Assembly (NCBI GenBank): GCA_037142235.1
Contig: JBAXBB010000002.1
Coordinates: 1 to 55,339 of the forward strand
Length of the DNA: 55,339 bases
DNA from: Actinomycetes bacterium
GTDB taxonomy: Bacteria; Actinomycetota; Acidimicrobiia; IMCC26256; PALSA-555
Direction of reading: 5' to 3'
Part shown: piece after piece, positions 1-8,054 of the stretch
Layout of the letters: every line of letters begins with the position of its first letter
Position numbering within the stretch: the first letter of the stretch is position 1
Made by a program: the position numbers and the translations under genes
Notes under the pieces: generated by a model
The model's input: the letters and a program-made list of their open reading frames with translations, nothing else
The model's database searches: none
What the model was told of the DNA's origin: nothing

Positions 1-60
1 ACCCCGGCCCGCGTGGCACGATGCCCGGGTCCGTCCCGCCACCACCGACCGAGGGGTCCC

Positions 61-1542
61 ATGTCCGATCTCGTCACCTCCCGAACGCCGTTCGTCGACG
101 GCGCCTTCGTCGCCGGAGCCGGCGATCCACTGACCGTGATCGACCCCTGCACCGAAGCCGTGGTCACCCGGGTCGAGGGCGCGTCCGCCGACCAGGTCGA
201 GCAGGCGATCCTCGCCGCCCGCCGGGCCTTCGACACCGGACCGTGGGCCCAGTTGGGCATCGACGAACGGTGCGACGTGATGCTCCGCTACGCCGCCGCC
301 CTTGAGGCCCGCGAAGAGGCGATCCTGGCCACCGTGGTGGCCGAAGCCGGCAGCACCGCCATGTTCGGGCGGATGGCCCAGGTCGGCATGGGGCTCGCCG
401 GTGCTCGGGAGCACGTCGAGATCGCGCGCCGGCTGCCCGCGTGGGAACACAACGAACTCCCCCTCGAGGAGTACACGGCGGGCGGCAAGGTGAAGGTATC
501 GGTGCGGGTCCACGACCCCGTGGGGGTGGTGGCCGCTATCTCACCGGCCAACTTCCCGTTCACGACCAACGTGTGGAAGGTGGTGCCGGCGCTCCTCGCC
601 GGCTGCACCGTCGTGCTGCGTCCCAGCCCGACCACCCCCCTCTCGGCGCTCGTCATGGCCGAGGCCGCCCTCGAGGCCGGGCTGCCGCCGGGCGTGCTCA
701 ACGTGGTGCCCGAGACCACCCCTGCCGGCGCCGAGCTCCTCACGACCCACGACGCCGTCGACCTCGTCAGCTTCACCGGCTCCACCGGCGTGGGGAGGCG
801 CATCGCCGCCGCCGCGGCGCCGGGCATGAAGCGCCTGATCCTCGAACTCGGCGGCAAGAGCGTGCAGCTCTACCTCGCCGACGCCCTCGCCCAGGGGCCC
901 GGGCCGGCCGCGGCCGGGGCGGCCGCGGTGTTCGTCGCGCACGCCGGGCAGGGCTGCTCGCTCCAGACCCGCATGCTCGTGCCCCACGACACCAAGGACG
1001 CCGTGCTCGACGCGCTGGCCGCCACGGCGTCGGCGTTGCCGGTCGGCGACACTCGAGATCCCGCCACCATGGTGGGTCCGGTCGTGTCGGCGGCGTCGCG
1101 CGACCGCATCGAACGCCTCGTCGCCGAGGGCGTGGCCGCGGGTGGTCGGGTGGTGGTGGGTGGTGGCCGCCCCGATCTGCCCCGGGGCTACTTCTACCTC
1201 CCCACCGTCGTCGACATCGACGACAACGCGAACCCGCTCGCCCAGGAGGAGATCTTCGGACCGGTCATCACAGTGCAGGGCTATCACAGCCTCGACGAGG
1301 CGATCGCGATCACCAACGACAGCCGCTACGACCTCTCGGGGGGCATCTACACCGCCGACCCCGCGGCGGGCCTGGCCCTCGCCCCGCGCGTTCGCACCGG
1401 CACGGTGCAGATCAACGTCGGGGCCGCCGGGTCGTACACGCCGATGGGCGGCGCCAAGCAGAGCGGCGTGGGCCGCGAACGCGGCGTGGCGGGCATCCGG
1501 GCGTTCCAGCAGGACAAGCACGTGGTGGTCGGCTCGCTCTGA
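61..1542 (+). CDS. NAD(P)-dependent aldehyde dehydrogenase
   Basis: Lies in ORF 13..1542. It has the ALDH hallmarks ELGGKS and the catalytic-Cys loop HAGQGCS. I moved the start to ATG 61 (MSDLVTS...), which is preceded by GAGGGG. Confidence 0.85.
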   Translation: MSDLVTSRTPFVDGAFVAGAGDPLTVIDPCTEAVVTRVEGASADQVEQAILAARRAFDTGPWAQLGIDERCDVMLRYAAALEAREEAILATVVAEAGSTAMFGRMAQVGMGLAGAREHVEIARRLPAWEHNELPLEEYTAGGKVKVSVRVHDPVGVVAAISPANFPFTTNVWKVVPALLAGCTVVLRPSPTTPLSALVMAEAALEAGLPPGVLNVVPETTPAGAELLTTHDAVDLVSFTGSTGVGRRIAAAAAPGMKRLILELGGKSVQLYLADALAQGPGPAAAGAAAVFVAHAGQGCSLQTRMLVPHDTKDAVLDALAATASALPVGDTRDPATMVGPVVSAASRDRIERLVAEGVAAGGRVVVGGGRPDLPRGYFYLPTVVDIDDNANPLAQEEIFGPVITVQGYHSLDEAIAITNDSRYDLSGGIYTADPAAGLALAPRVRTGTVQINVGAAGSYTPMGGAKQSGVGRERGVAGIRAFQQDKHVVVGSL

Positions 1543-1555
1543 CCGTGCCCGCGGT

Positions 1556-1571
1556 GCCGGCCCACGCCGGC
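1556..1571. terminator. GC-only hairpin between convergent genes (possible bidirectional terminator)
   Basis: The sequence gccggc-ccac-gccggc forms a 6-bp stem with a 4-nt loop. It lies between the ALDH stop (1542) and the DyP stop (1579). There is no U-tract. Confidence 0.25.
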
Positions 1572-1578
1572 GATGCGG

Positions 1579-3387
1579 TCAGCCCGTCCGGCGGCGCCGG
1601 GTCACGGCCCCGGACCGCATGCGGTCGGATCGCCCGAGGATCGGTCCGGGGCGATCGCGCCCACCGGGCGGCGCGACGGGCGACGCGGCCGATGCCCCGG
1701 GCGGGGGTGGCGGAGCCGGGGCGGCGGCGAGCAGGGTGAGGGCACGCAGCGACGGCGCGAAGAAGTACTCGCCGCCGGTGGTCGTGACGAACCGCTGCAT
1801 CAACGCCACGTGGTCGGGTCGACCCCCGGGGAGGGCGAACGAGCCGGTCGCCGGGTCCTGGGCGATGACGGGATCCTGCCCCGCCCCGGGGGCCGGGAAG
1901 GCCGCGTCGTTGACGAACTGGTGCTGCACCACCTCGAACTGACGGGCGATCGACGACTGGTAGCAGAGGAACAGCAGGCCCCGGTCGTCGGACGCCGTGC
2001 TCCTCGATCGGGCCGGCAGCGAGTCGCCGTACGGGATCCCCCGGCGGAGGAGGCGGTGGGTCTGCGTGTCGGCCTCGCCGCCGTAGGGCGTGGGGGTGTC
2101 GCGCGGGTAGGTCTTGCGGATGTGCGCGGCGAGGGGCACCACCTTGCCCTGCGCGTCGTCACCGTACTCGAAGTCGTTGATCGCCAAGTCGGTGAGCAAC
2201 GAGGCATCGGACGCGCCGGGGTCGGACGCCCGGTTGCCGGTCACCTCGAGCGGCGCACCACTCCGGTACCGACCGACCAGCTTCGCCCCCGCGAGGTCTT
2301 CGCTGATGCCCTGGCTCACCGCGGTGTGAGCCACGAAGTCGCGGAACGCCGCCACGTCCTGGCGCAGGCGACGGAACACGAGGTAGGAGCCGTTGACGGT
2401 CCACGCCGGACCCGACGCGGCGATCGGTCCCGGGCCGTCGCCACCGTCCACTCCGGGCTGTCGGGCGTACCCGACCACGAACTCGCCCGGCCAGAGGAGG
2501 TCCTGGCCGGGGACGCCCTGACCGGTGTTGGCCGGGTTGCGGCGCTCGGTGAACCCGCGGACGCCAGGCTGCGAGATGCCGTCGCGGAACCCGAAGTGCT
2601 CGTGCCCGGGCTCGTCGGCGCGCACGTCGCCGCGCTGGACGACGACGACCTCCACCCCTGTCGCCCGGGCGGTCGCGCGCTGGCGCTCCACCTCGGCCTC
2701 GACGTCGGCGGCGTCGTCAGCGGCGACGATCACCACGGCGTGCACCGGGCGCTGGAACTCGACCGGCCAGGCCGAGGGTGCGCTGGCGCCGGTGTCGCCC
2801 AGCAGCGCCGCCCGGGCCGCCATCCCGGCCCGGAACTCTTCGGGGAACGACGTCAACTCGGAGCTCGGCCGGCCGAGCGCGGCGAGCCCGGCGTGGCTCA
2901 ACGCGAGGTTCGTCCAGATCGCACGCGGGGCCGAGGACTCCGACCCCGACCGAGCGACCACGGCGCGAAAGGTCGCGTTGAAGGAGGCCACCTCCCGCGA
3001 CGACGCCACCATGGGCGCGGTGCGCGCCAGCCACGACCGGCCCGCGGCGGCCGACGCGAAGGCCACGAACACGAGGGCCTGGTGGTCCTTGTGGAACCCG
3101 GCGACGACGTTGCCCTGGATGTCGGCGAGGTCGAGCACCGGGTCGTTCGCCGGGTCCGTCGCCGAGGTCTTCGTGGTCGGGGTCGTGGCCGCTCCGGCCG
3201 CCGTGGCCGCCAGGACGGGACGGGCCGCGAGCGCGGCCGCCGCGCCACCCAGACCGGCGAGGAAGCCCCGTCGGCCGACGGCACCGCGGGATTCCGGGGA
3301 GGTGTCCGGCGCGGCGGGGTCCGTCGCGGTGGGGGCGGTGCGCAGCACCGGGCTGGAGGGTGTGCTCGACTCGTTCATGCCCGCCAT
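1579..3387 (-). CDS. Tat-exported DyP-type peroxidase (long form)
   Basis: Carries a twin-arginine leader (GRRGFLAGLGGAAAALAA). It also has DIQGNVVAGFHKDHQ and the DyP GxxDG motif in HFGFRDGISQPGVRG. The canonical end GGEYFFAPS is followed by a Pro-rich tail of about 60 aa. Confidence 0.85.
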   Translation of the reverse strand: MAGMNESSTPSSPVLRTAPTATDPAAPDTSPESRGAVGRRGFLAGLGGAAAALAARPVLAATAAGAATTPTTKTSATDPANDPVLDLADIQGNVVAGFHKDHQALVFVAFASAAAGRSWLARTAPMVASSREVASFNATFRAVVARSGSESSAPRAIWTNLALSHAGLAALGRPSSELTSFPEEFRAGMAARAALLGDTGASAPSAWPVEFQRPVHAVVIVAADDAADVEAEVERQRATARATGVEVVVVQRGDVRADEPGHEHFGFRDGISQPGVRGFTERRNPANTGQGVPGQDLLWPGEFVVGYARQPGVDGGDGPGPIAASGPAWTVNGSYLVFRRLRQDVAAFRDFVAHTAVSQGISEDLAGAKLVGRYRSGAPLEVTGNRASDPGASDASLLTDLAINDFEYGDDAQGKVVPLAAHIRKTYPRDTPTPYGGEADTQTHRLLRRGIPYGDSLPARSRSTASDDRGLLFLCYQSSIARQFEVVQHQFVNDAAFPAPGAGQDPVIAQDPATGSFALPGGRPDHVALMQRFVTTTGGEYFFAPSLRALTLLAAAPAPPPPPGASAASPVAPPGGRDRPGPILGRSDRMRSGAVTRRRRTG

Positions 3388-3534
3388 GGTCGACCCGCTT
3401 CATGAGGTTTCCGTGATGCCGAGGCGAGGAGTTCGCGAGCGCTGTCCGACCGACGCCGACCTGTCAGACTCCTCCTGCCCAGGCCCCCGATCTCCCCGCA
3501 CCCGTGCTCGTCGCCGCCGGCACCCGGAGGACCC

Positions 3535-4110
3535 GTGACCGCACCCCGCCCCCGCCTCTACGTCGTGCGCCACGGTGCGACCGAGTGGAGCGAGAACGGC
3601 CGTCACACCGGCACCACCGACCTCCCCCTCCTCCCGGCGGGCGAGGACCAGGCCCGTGAGGCCGGCGCGCTGCTCGCGGGCGTCGAGTTCTCCCTGGTGC
3701 TCTGCAGCCCCCTGCAGCGGGCGCGGCGCACGTGCGCGCTCACGGGCCTGGGCGATCGGATGGAGGTCGAGCCCGATCTGGTCGAGTGGAACTACGGCGA
3801 CTACGAAGGGATCACCACCAAGGTCATCCGCGACACCGTGCCCGACTGGACCGTGTGGCACGGGGTGTGCCCCGGAGGCGAGACCGCCGACCAGGTGGCC
3901 GATCGGGTCGATCGGGTGATCGCCCGCGTCCGCGAGCAGGCCGGCGACGCGATCGTGTTCGCGCACGGCCACGTGCTCCGGGTGCTCACCGCGCGGTGGC
4001 TCGGCTTCGACCCGCGTGCCGGTGAGCACTTCCTGCTCGACCCGTCGACGGTCAGCGTGCTGGCCTGGGAGCGCGACGCCCCGGCGGTGCAGCGCTGGAA
4101 CGCCCGCTAG
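3535..4110 (+). CDS. histidine phosphatase family protein (phosphoglycerate-mutase-like)
   Basis: Has the N-terminal RHG motif (LYVVRHGATEWS). The GTG start is preceded by GGAGGA. Confidence 0.85.
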   Translation: MTAPRPRLYVVRHGATEWSENGRHTGTTDLPLLPAGEDQAREAGALLAGVEFSLVLCSPLQRARRTCALTGLGDRMEVEPDLVEWNYGDYEGITTKVIRDTVPDWTVWHGVCPGGETADQVADRVDRVIARVREQAGDAIVFAHGHVLRVLTARWLGFDPRAGEHFLLDPSTVSVLAWERDAPAVQRWNAR

Positions 4111-4129
4111 GAACGCCCACAGCCGGCGT

Positions 4130-5263
4130 TCAGCGCTTGACCTGGAACCTGACCACCTTCGGGTCGACGTTGCGAAGCTGCTTCGCCGCCGTCACCTCAC
4201 CCTTGACGTACCGGTCGAAGAACGCCACGACGTAGCCGTCGACCAGTTTGTGCGCGGTCTCGACCGGCAAGAACTCGGCGGTGCACGCCTGGTCGGCCCG
4301 GGAGGTGATCGCGCTCGCGATGGCGGCGGGGAGGTTCGGGCGCGCCGCGACCAGCTTCGTGTAGTAGCAGAGGTCGGTGTACGACTGGTGTCCGGCGCCC
4401 TTCAGGTCGACGCGGTAGAGCGGCCGACCGGCGATGTCCTTCCACGCCCGGACGGTTTCCTTGGCGATGGGCGTGGTGGTGTCGAGGGTCCCGCTGATGA
4501 GCATCGTCGGCGCCCGGTCGTGCTTGAGGTCGGCGCCGGTCAACTGGTCGACGTAGGTCCCCATGCCCACCACGGCCTTCACGTTCGGGAGCGGGGCCGT
4601 GGTGTCACGCCCGGCGAGGCCGAGCAGCACTCCCCCACCACCCGCCGAGTGACCGACCAGCCCGATGTTCCCGACGTCGATCTTCCCGGCGTAGGGGCTG
4701 GCGGAGTCGGCGTTCGCCGCCGCGAGCGCCGCGATCTCCGCACCGATGTCGCGGATGCGGTTCCGGGCGTTGTCGGCGGCCGCGAGGGTGGTGTTGGTGA
4801 ACTGGTCGATCGCGGTGTCGCCCGCGTGGTCCACGGCCACCACCACGTAGCCGCGCCCGGCGAGCGCCTCGGTGAGGAACGCCGAGATGAAGCCCTGACC
4901 GCCGGAGCCGTGCGAGTACACCACGACCGGGAACGGACCCCCCGACGCGACGGGCGCGTCTTCGTGGGCGACGGTCGAGGTGTACGAGGCACCGGGGATC
5001 GCGTACACGGCGAAGGGCACGTCTGCCGCGGCCGCGCCGTCGGACGGGTACCAGACGTTGCCGGTGAGCGTCCGCCCGGCCTCCACCGGCACCGAGATCG
5101 ACCGGTGACCCACTGCGTACGCGGGCGTGCCGGGTCCGACGTCGCCCGGGGCGGGCGGCTCACCGGGCAGGGTCTGCGCCCCCGCAGCACCCGCTCCGAG
5201 ACTGGCGGCGAACGCCGAGCAGGCGATGGCGAGGACGACGAAGAGGATCAGGCGACGGCGCAT
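4130..5263 (-). CDS. secreted alpha/beta hydrolase (lipase / PAF-acetylhydrolase-like)
   Basis: Has a Sec-type signal peptide (MRRRLILFVVLAIACSAFAASLGAGAAGA). The nucleophile elbow is GHSAGGGG, and an HGSGG oxyanion-type region is present. Confidence 0.75.
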   Translation of the reverse strand: MRRRLILFVVLAIACSAFAASLGAGAAGAQTLPGEPPAPGDVGPGTPAYAVGHRSISVPVEAGRTLTGNVWYPSDGAAAADVPFAVYAIPGASYTSTVAHEDAPVASGGPFPVVVYSHGSGGQGFISAFLTEALAGRGYVVVAVDHAGDTAIDQFTNTTLAAADNARNRIRDIGAEIAALAAANADSASPYAGKIDVGNIGLVGHSAGGGGVLLGLAGRDTTAPLPNVKAVVGMGTYVDQLTGADLKHDRAPTMLISGTLDTTTPIAKETVRAWKDIAGRPLYRVDLKGAGHQSYTDLCYYTKLVAARPNLPAAIASAITSRADQACTAEFLPVETAHKLVDGYVVAFFDRYVKGEVTAAKQLRNVDPKVVRFQVKR

Positions 5264-5300
5264 CGCCCGACGCTAGCAACGGCCGGGGGACGCCCGCGCC

Positions 5301-5320
5301 GCGACCGACGGCCCGGTCGC
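5301..5320 (-). terminator. hairpin downstream of the amidohydrolase operon
   Basis: The sequence gcgaccg-acggcc-cggtcgc forms a 7-bp stem. It sits in the 79-bp gap between the stop at 5343 and the next start at 5263. There is no U-tract. Confidence 0.2.
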
Positions 5321-5342
5321 GTGGAGCAGCGGGCGACGGTGC

Positions 5343-6413
5343 TCAGGCCGAGACGACCAGACGGGAGGGGTCGAAGCCGAAGAGGCGGGCCGCGTTGCCC
5401 CCCAGGATCGCCGCCCGGTCGGGCTCGGCCACGCCGGCGAACTGCTCGGCCACCGCCGGTGCGGAGTTCGGCCAGGTGCCTTCCGGGTGCGGGTAGTCGT
5501 TGCCCCACATGAGCACGTCGGTGCCGGTCACGTCACGGTTGCGCACCGCCACCGGATCGACCATGAAGGTTGCCGAGCACTGCCGCCGGATGAACGCACT
5601 GGGCCGGTCGGAGAGCGTCAGCTTCGAGAACCGGGCGTGGTCGACGGCCACCTCGTCGGCCTGGGTCATCACCCAGCCCAGCCACGAGGCCCCGGTCTCC
5701 ACCACGACCACCCGCAGGTCGGGGAACCGGTCCAGCACGCCGCCGGCCGCCAGGAAGAGCAGCACCCGGGGCCCGTCCATCTGCGCGGCGAGCACGTAGT
5801 TGAGGACGTTGGCGCCCGGGCCGCGCACCATCCGGGGGTCGTGACCGGTCCCTGAATGGAACGTCAGGGGCAGCCCCAACTCGGTGGCACAGGCCCAGAA
5901 CGGGTCGTACACGGGATCGTTGTACTCGGCCTCGTCCACACGCGCCGGCAACGACAGCGCTCGGAACCCCAGGTCCGCGCAGCGGCGCGCCTCGACGACC
6001 GCCGCGTCGACGTCGGCCATCGGGATCATCGCCACCGGCAGGCTGCGGTGCTCGGTCATGAGGTGGTCGTGCGCCCAGTCGTTGTAGGCGCCCGCGACCG
6101 CGAACTGCAGCGCGGGGTCGCCCACGAACGTCACGGTCAGGGCCCAGTTCGGGTAGACCACCTCGGCCGCCACGCCGTCCTGGGCCTGCTCGCGCCGCCG
6201 CTGCTCCGGATCGGCGCCGCCCACGACCGCCAGGTCGAGCTCGCTCACCGTCATGAGCTTGCGCGGAGCGACACCCTCGGACACCAGCGTGCGCCAGCCG
6301 TCGCGCTCCACGATCCGGGGCACCCGGTCGCGGAAGCGCGCGTCGACCCGCTCCTCGTAGAGCTCGATCGGCTCGGTCACGTGCGAATCGGCCGAAACGA
6401 GGACGTCGGTCAT
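5343..6413 (-). CDS. amidohydrolase-2 family protein (ACMSD/LigW-like metal hydrolase or decarboxylase)
   Basis: The real start is MTDVLVSADSHVTEP, at ATG 6413. That ATG overlaps the upstream stop as ATGA. The upstream 112 codons of track ORF 5343..6749 are Arg/Gly-rich and overlap the DUF35 gene. Confidence 0.8.
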   Translation of the reverse strand: MTDVLVSADSHVTEPIELYEERVDARFRDRVPRIVERDGWRTLVSEGVAPRKLMTVSELDLAVVGGADPEQRRREQAQDGVAAEVVYPNWALTVTFVGDPALQFAVAGAYNDWAHDHLMTEHRSLPVAMIPMADVDAAVVEARRCADLGFRALSLPARVDEAEYNDPVYDPFWACATELGLPLTFHSGTGHDPRMVRGPGANVLNYVLAAQMDGPRVLLFLAAGGVLDRFPDLRVVVVETGASWLGWVMTQADEVAVDHARFSKLTLSDRPSAFIRRQCSATFMVDPVAVRNRDVTGTDVLMWGNDYPHPEGTWPNSAPAVAEQFAGVAEPDRAAILGGNAARLFGFDPSRLVVSA

Positions 6414-6856
6414 CGGTCTCCCTCCGCGCGGGTCCGGAACACCGGCAGCGCCACGCCGTCGCCCACCGGGTCGAAGTGCACCTCGACCGGCATCCCGATC
6501 GCGAGGTCGTCGCGCTCGGCGTCGGTCACCCGGCTCAGGATCCGGACCACACCGGTGGTGCCTTCGAGCTCGACGACCGTGGTGTTGTAGGCGCCGAGCG
6601 GTGCCAGGGCGGGCAGGATCGGACGGTCGACCCAGGTGTAACTGAACACCCGGCCCCGCCCGGAGTGTGGCTCCCAGGTCCAGTCGAGGGAGTTGCACAC
6701 GTAACAGACCTGTGTCGGGGGATGGCGATCGGTGCCACACGCCGAGCACCGCTGGACCACGAGCTCGCCGCGACCAGCCGCTTCCCAGTACCCGACGGTG
6801 GCCGGGTCGGGCCTCGGGCCCGGGAGCCCCGGCATCTGCTCGCTCATCGTGCCCAC
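6410..6856 (-). CDS. DUF35 Zn-ribbon / OB-fold protein (partner of SCP-x type thiolases)
   Basis: Has a Cys4 ribbon (CSACGTDRHPP...CYVC) followed by an OB-fold region. It lies immediately downstream of a thiolase-like gene. The start is either GTG 6856 or ATG 6847 (MSEQMPG). Confidence 0.8.
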   Translation of the reverse strand: MGTMSEQMPGLPGPRPDPATVGYWEAAGRGELVVQRCSACGTDRHPPTQVCYVCNSLDWTWEPHSGRGRVFSYTWVDRPILPALAPLGAYNTTVVELEGTTGVVRILSRVTDAERDDLAIGMPVEVHFDPVGDGVALPVFRTRAEGDR

Positions 6857-6871
6857 CCGCTCATCGTGCCC
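6841..6871. repeat. 14-bp direct repeat (cgctcatcgtgccc, two copies, 3-bp spacer) at the thiolase/DUF35 junction
   Basis: The two copies are exact, at 6841-6854 and 6858-6871. One carries the thiolase stop (tca 6861-6863). The other carries the in-frame ATG 6847 of the DUF35 gene. Confidence 0.9.
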
Positions 6872-8054
6872 CCGTCAAGATCATGCCGCTCGACGGCGAC
6901 GGCCCGGCGCCACCCACCACGAGCACGTTCGTCGCGCCCGGCACCTGGTTGATCGCGGTCCCGCGGATCTGGCGCACGGCTTCGTTCACGTGACTCATGC
7001 CGTGCGTGTAGGCCTCGGCGAGGTTTCCCCCGTGGGGGTTGACCGGCAACGGACCGTCGAGTCCGAGGTTGCCGTCCTGCACGTACGGGCCACCCTCCCC
7101 CTTGGCGCAGAACCCGAAGTCCTCCAGGCTCATGATCACCATGGCGGTGAAGTGGTCGTAGACCATCGCGACGTCGAGGTCGGCGAGCGAGAGACCCGAG
7201 AGCCGGTAGAGCTCGGCGGCGATCGCCCGCTGCCCGCTCGACGCGAAGTCCTCGTCGGGCTGGTTGTAGAAGCTCATGAGAGCGTTCCCGAACCGGTAGG
7301 GCGCACCCGACCCGGCCGCCGCGATGTAGGCGGGAGCGTTCGGGCAGTCCTGCGCGCGCTCGGCGGAAGTGATGACGACCGCGCATCCGTAGTCGGTCTC
7401 CATGCAGAAGTCGAAGAGCCGGAGCGGGTCGGCGATCATTTGGCTCTCGTGGTGGTCCTCCACCGTGATCGGCGTGCGGAACCGCGCCTCGGGGTTGTTG
7501 GCGGCCATCGCGCGTGCGTGCATCGTGACGTGGGCGAACTGCTCCGTGGTCGTGCCGTAGAGGTGCATGTGGCGCCGAGCGGCGAGGGCGAACATCTGGC
7601 CCGGCGACTGGAGGCCGTAGGGCACGCTGAACTGCATCGGGCCGCCGACGGCCGGTACCCCCTGGCCCATCTGACCGAACGCCTGGCCGTAGCGCGCGCC
7701 CGGTTCCATCGTCATGACCTTGTGCACGACCACGTAGTCGGCCTGACCGGTGGCCACGGCCATGGCGGCGTTGGAAAAGGCACCACACATCGACGCTCCC
7801 CCGCCACCCCAGGTCTGCGAGGCGTACCGGAGCCGCTCGCCCCCGAAGGCCTCGAACAGGTCCGGGGGGTCGATCGGCGTGTAGTACGAGCTGTACCCGT
7901 CGACGTCCTTCGGCGAGATGCCGGCGTCGGCGCACGCGGCCGTGATCGCCTCGACCACGAGCCGCAGGTGCCCACGGTCGGCGTACTGGCCGCGCTTGGC
8001 GAACGGCACGTAGCCGATCCCGACGATGGCGGCCTGGTTGCGCAGGTCGATCAC
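6861..8054 (-). CDS. thiolase-like / SCP-x type lipid-transfer protein
   Basis: The N-terminus (AAIVGIGYVPFAKRG) and the HGGNLAEAYTHG C-terminal motif are typical of nonspecific lipid-transfer thiolases. The GTG start at 8054 overlaps the upstream stop as GTGA. Confidence 0.85.
   Translation of the reverse strand: MIDLRNQAAIVGIGYVPFAKRGQYADRGHLRLVVEAITAACADAGISPKDVDGYSSYYTPIDPPDLFEAFGGERLRYASQTWGGGGASMCGAFSNAAMAVATGQADYVVVHKVMTMEPGARYGQAFGQMGQGVPAVGGPMQFSVPYGLQSPGQMFALAARRHMHLYGTTTEQFAHVTMHARAMAANNPEARFRTPITVEDHHESQMIADPLRLFDFCMETDYGCAVVITSAERAQDCPNAPAYIAAAGSGAPYRFGNALMSFYNQPDEDFASSGQRAIAAELYRLSGLSLADLDVAMVYDHFTAMVIMSLEDFGFCAKGEGGPYVQDGNLGLDGPLPVNPHGGNLAEAYTHGMSHVNEAVRQIRGTAINQVPGATNVLVVGGAGPSPSSGMILTGAR

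Noticed and set aside
5343-6749. Long N-terminal extensions of real genes. Examples are 5343..6749, 22181..23704, 25754..27124, 26874..28163, 33511..34797, 37831..38949, 40294..42069, 42247..43956, 47533..48690 and 50608..52008.
   Set aside because: The extensions have biased composition and overlap the neighbouring gene. An internal start with an RBS or a 4-nt stop/start overlap gives a protein of the normal family length.
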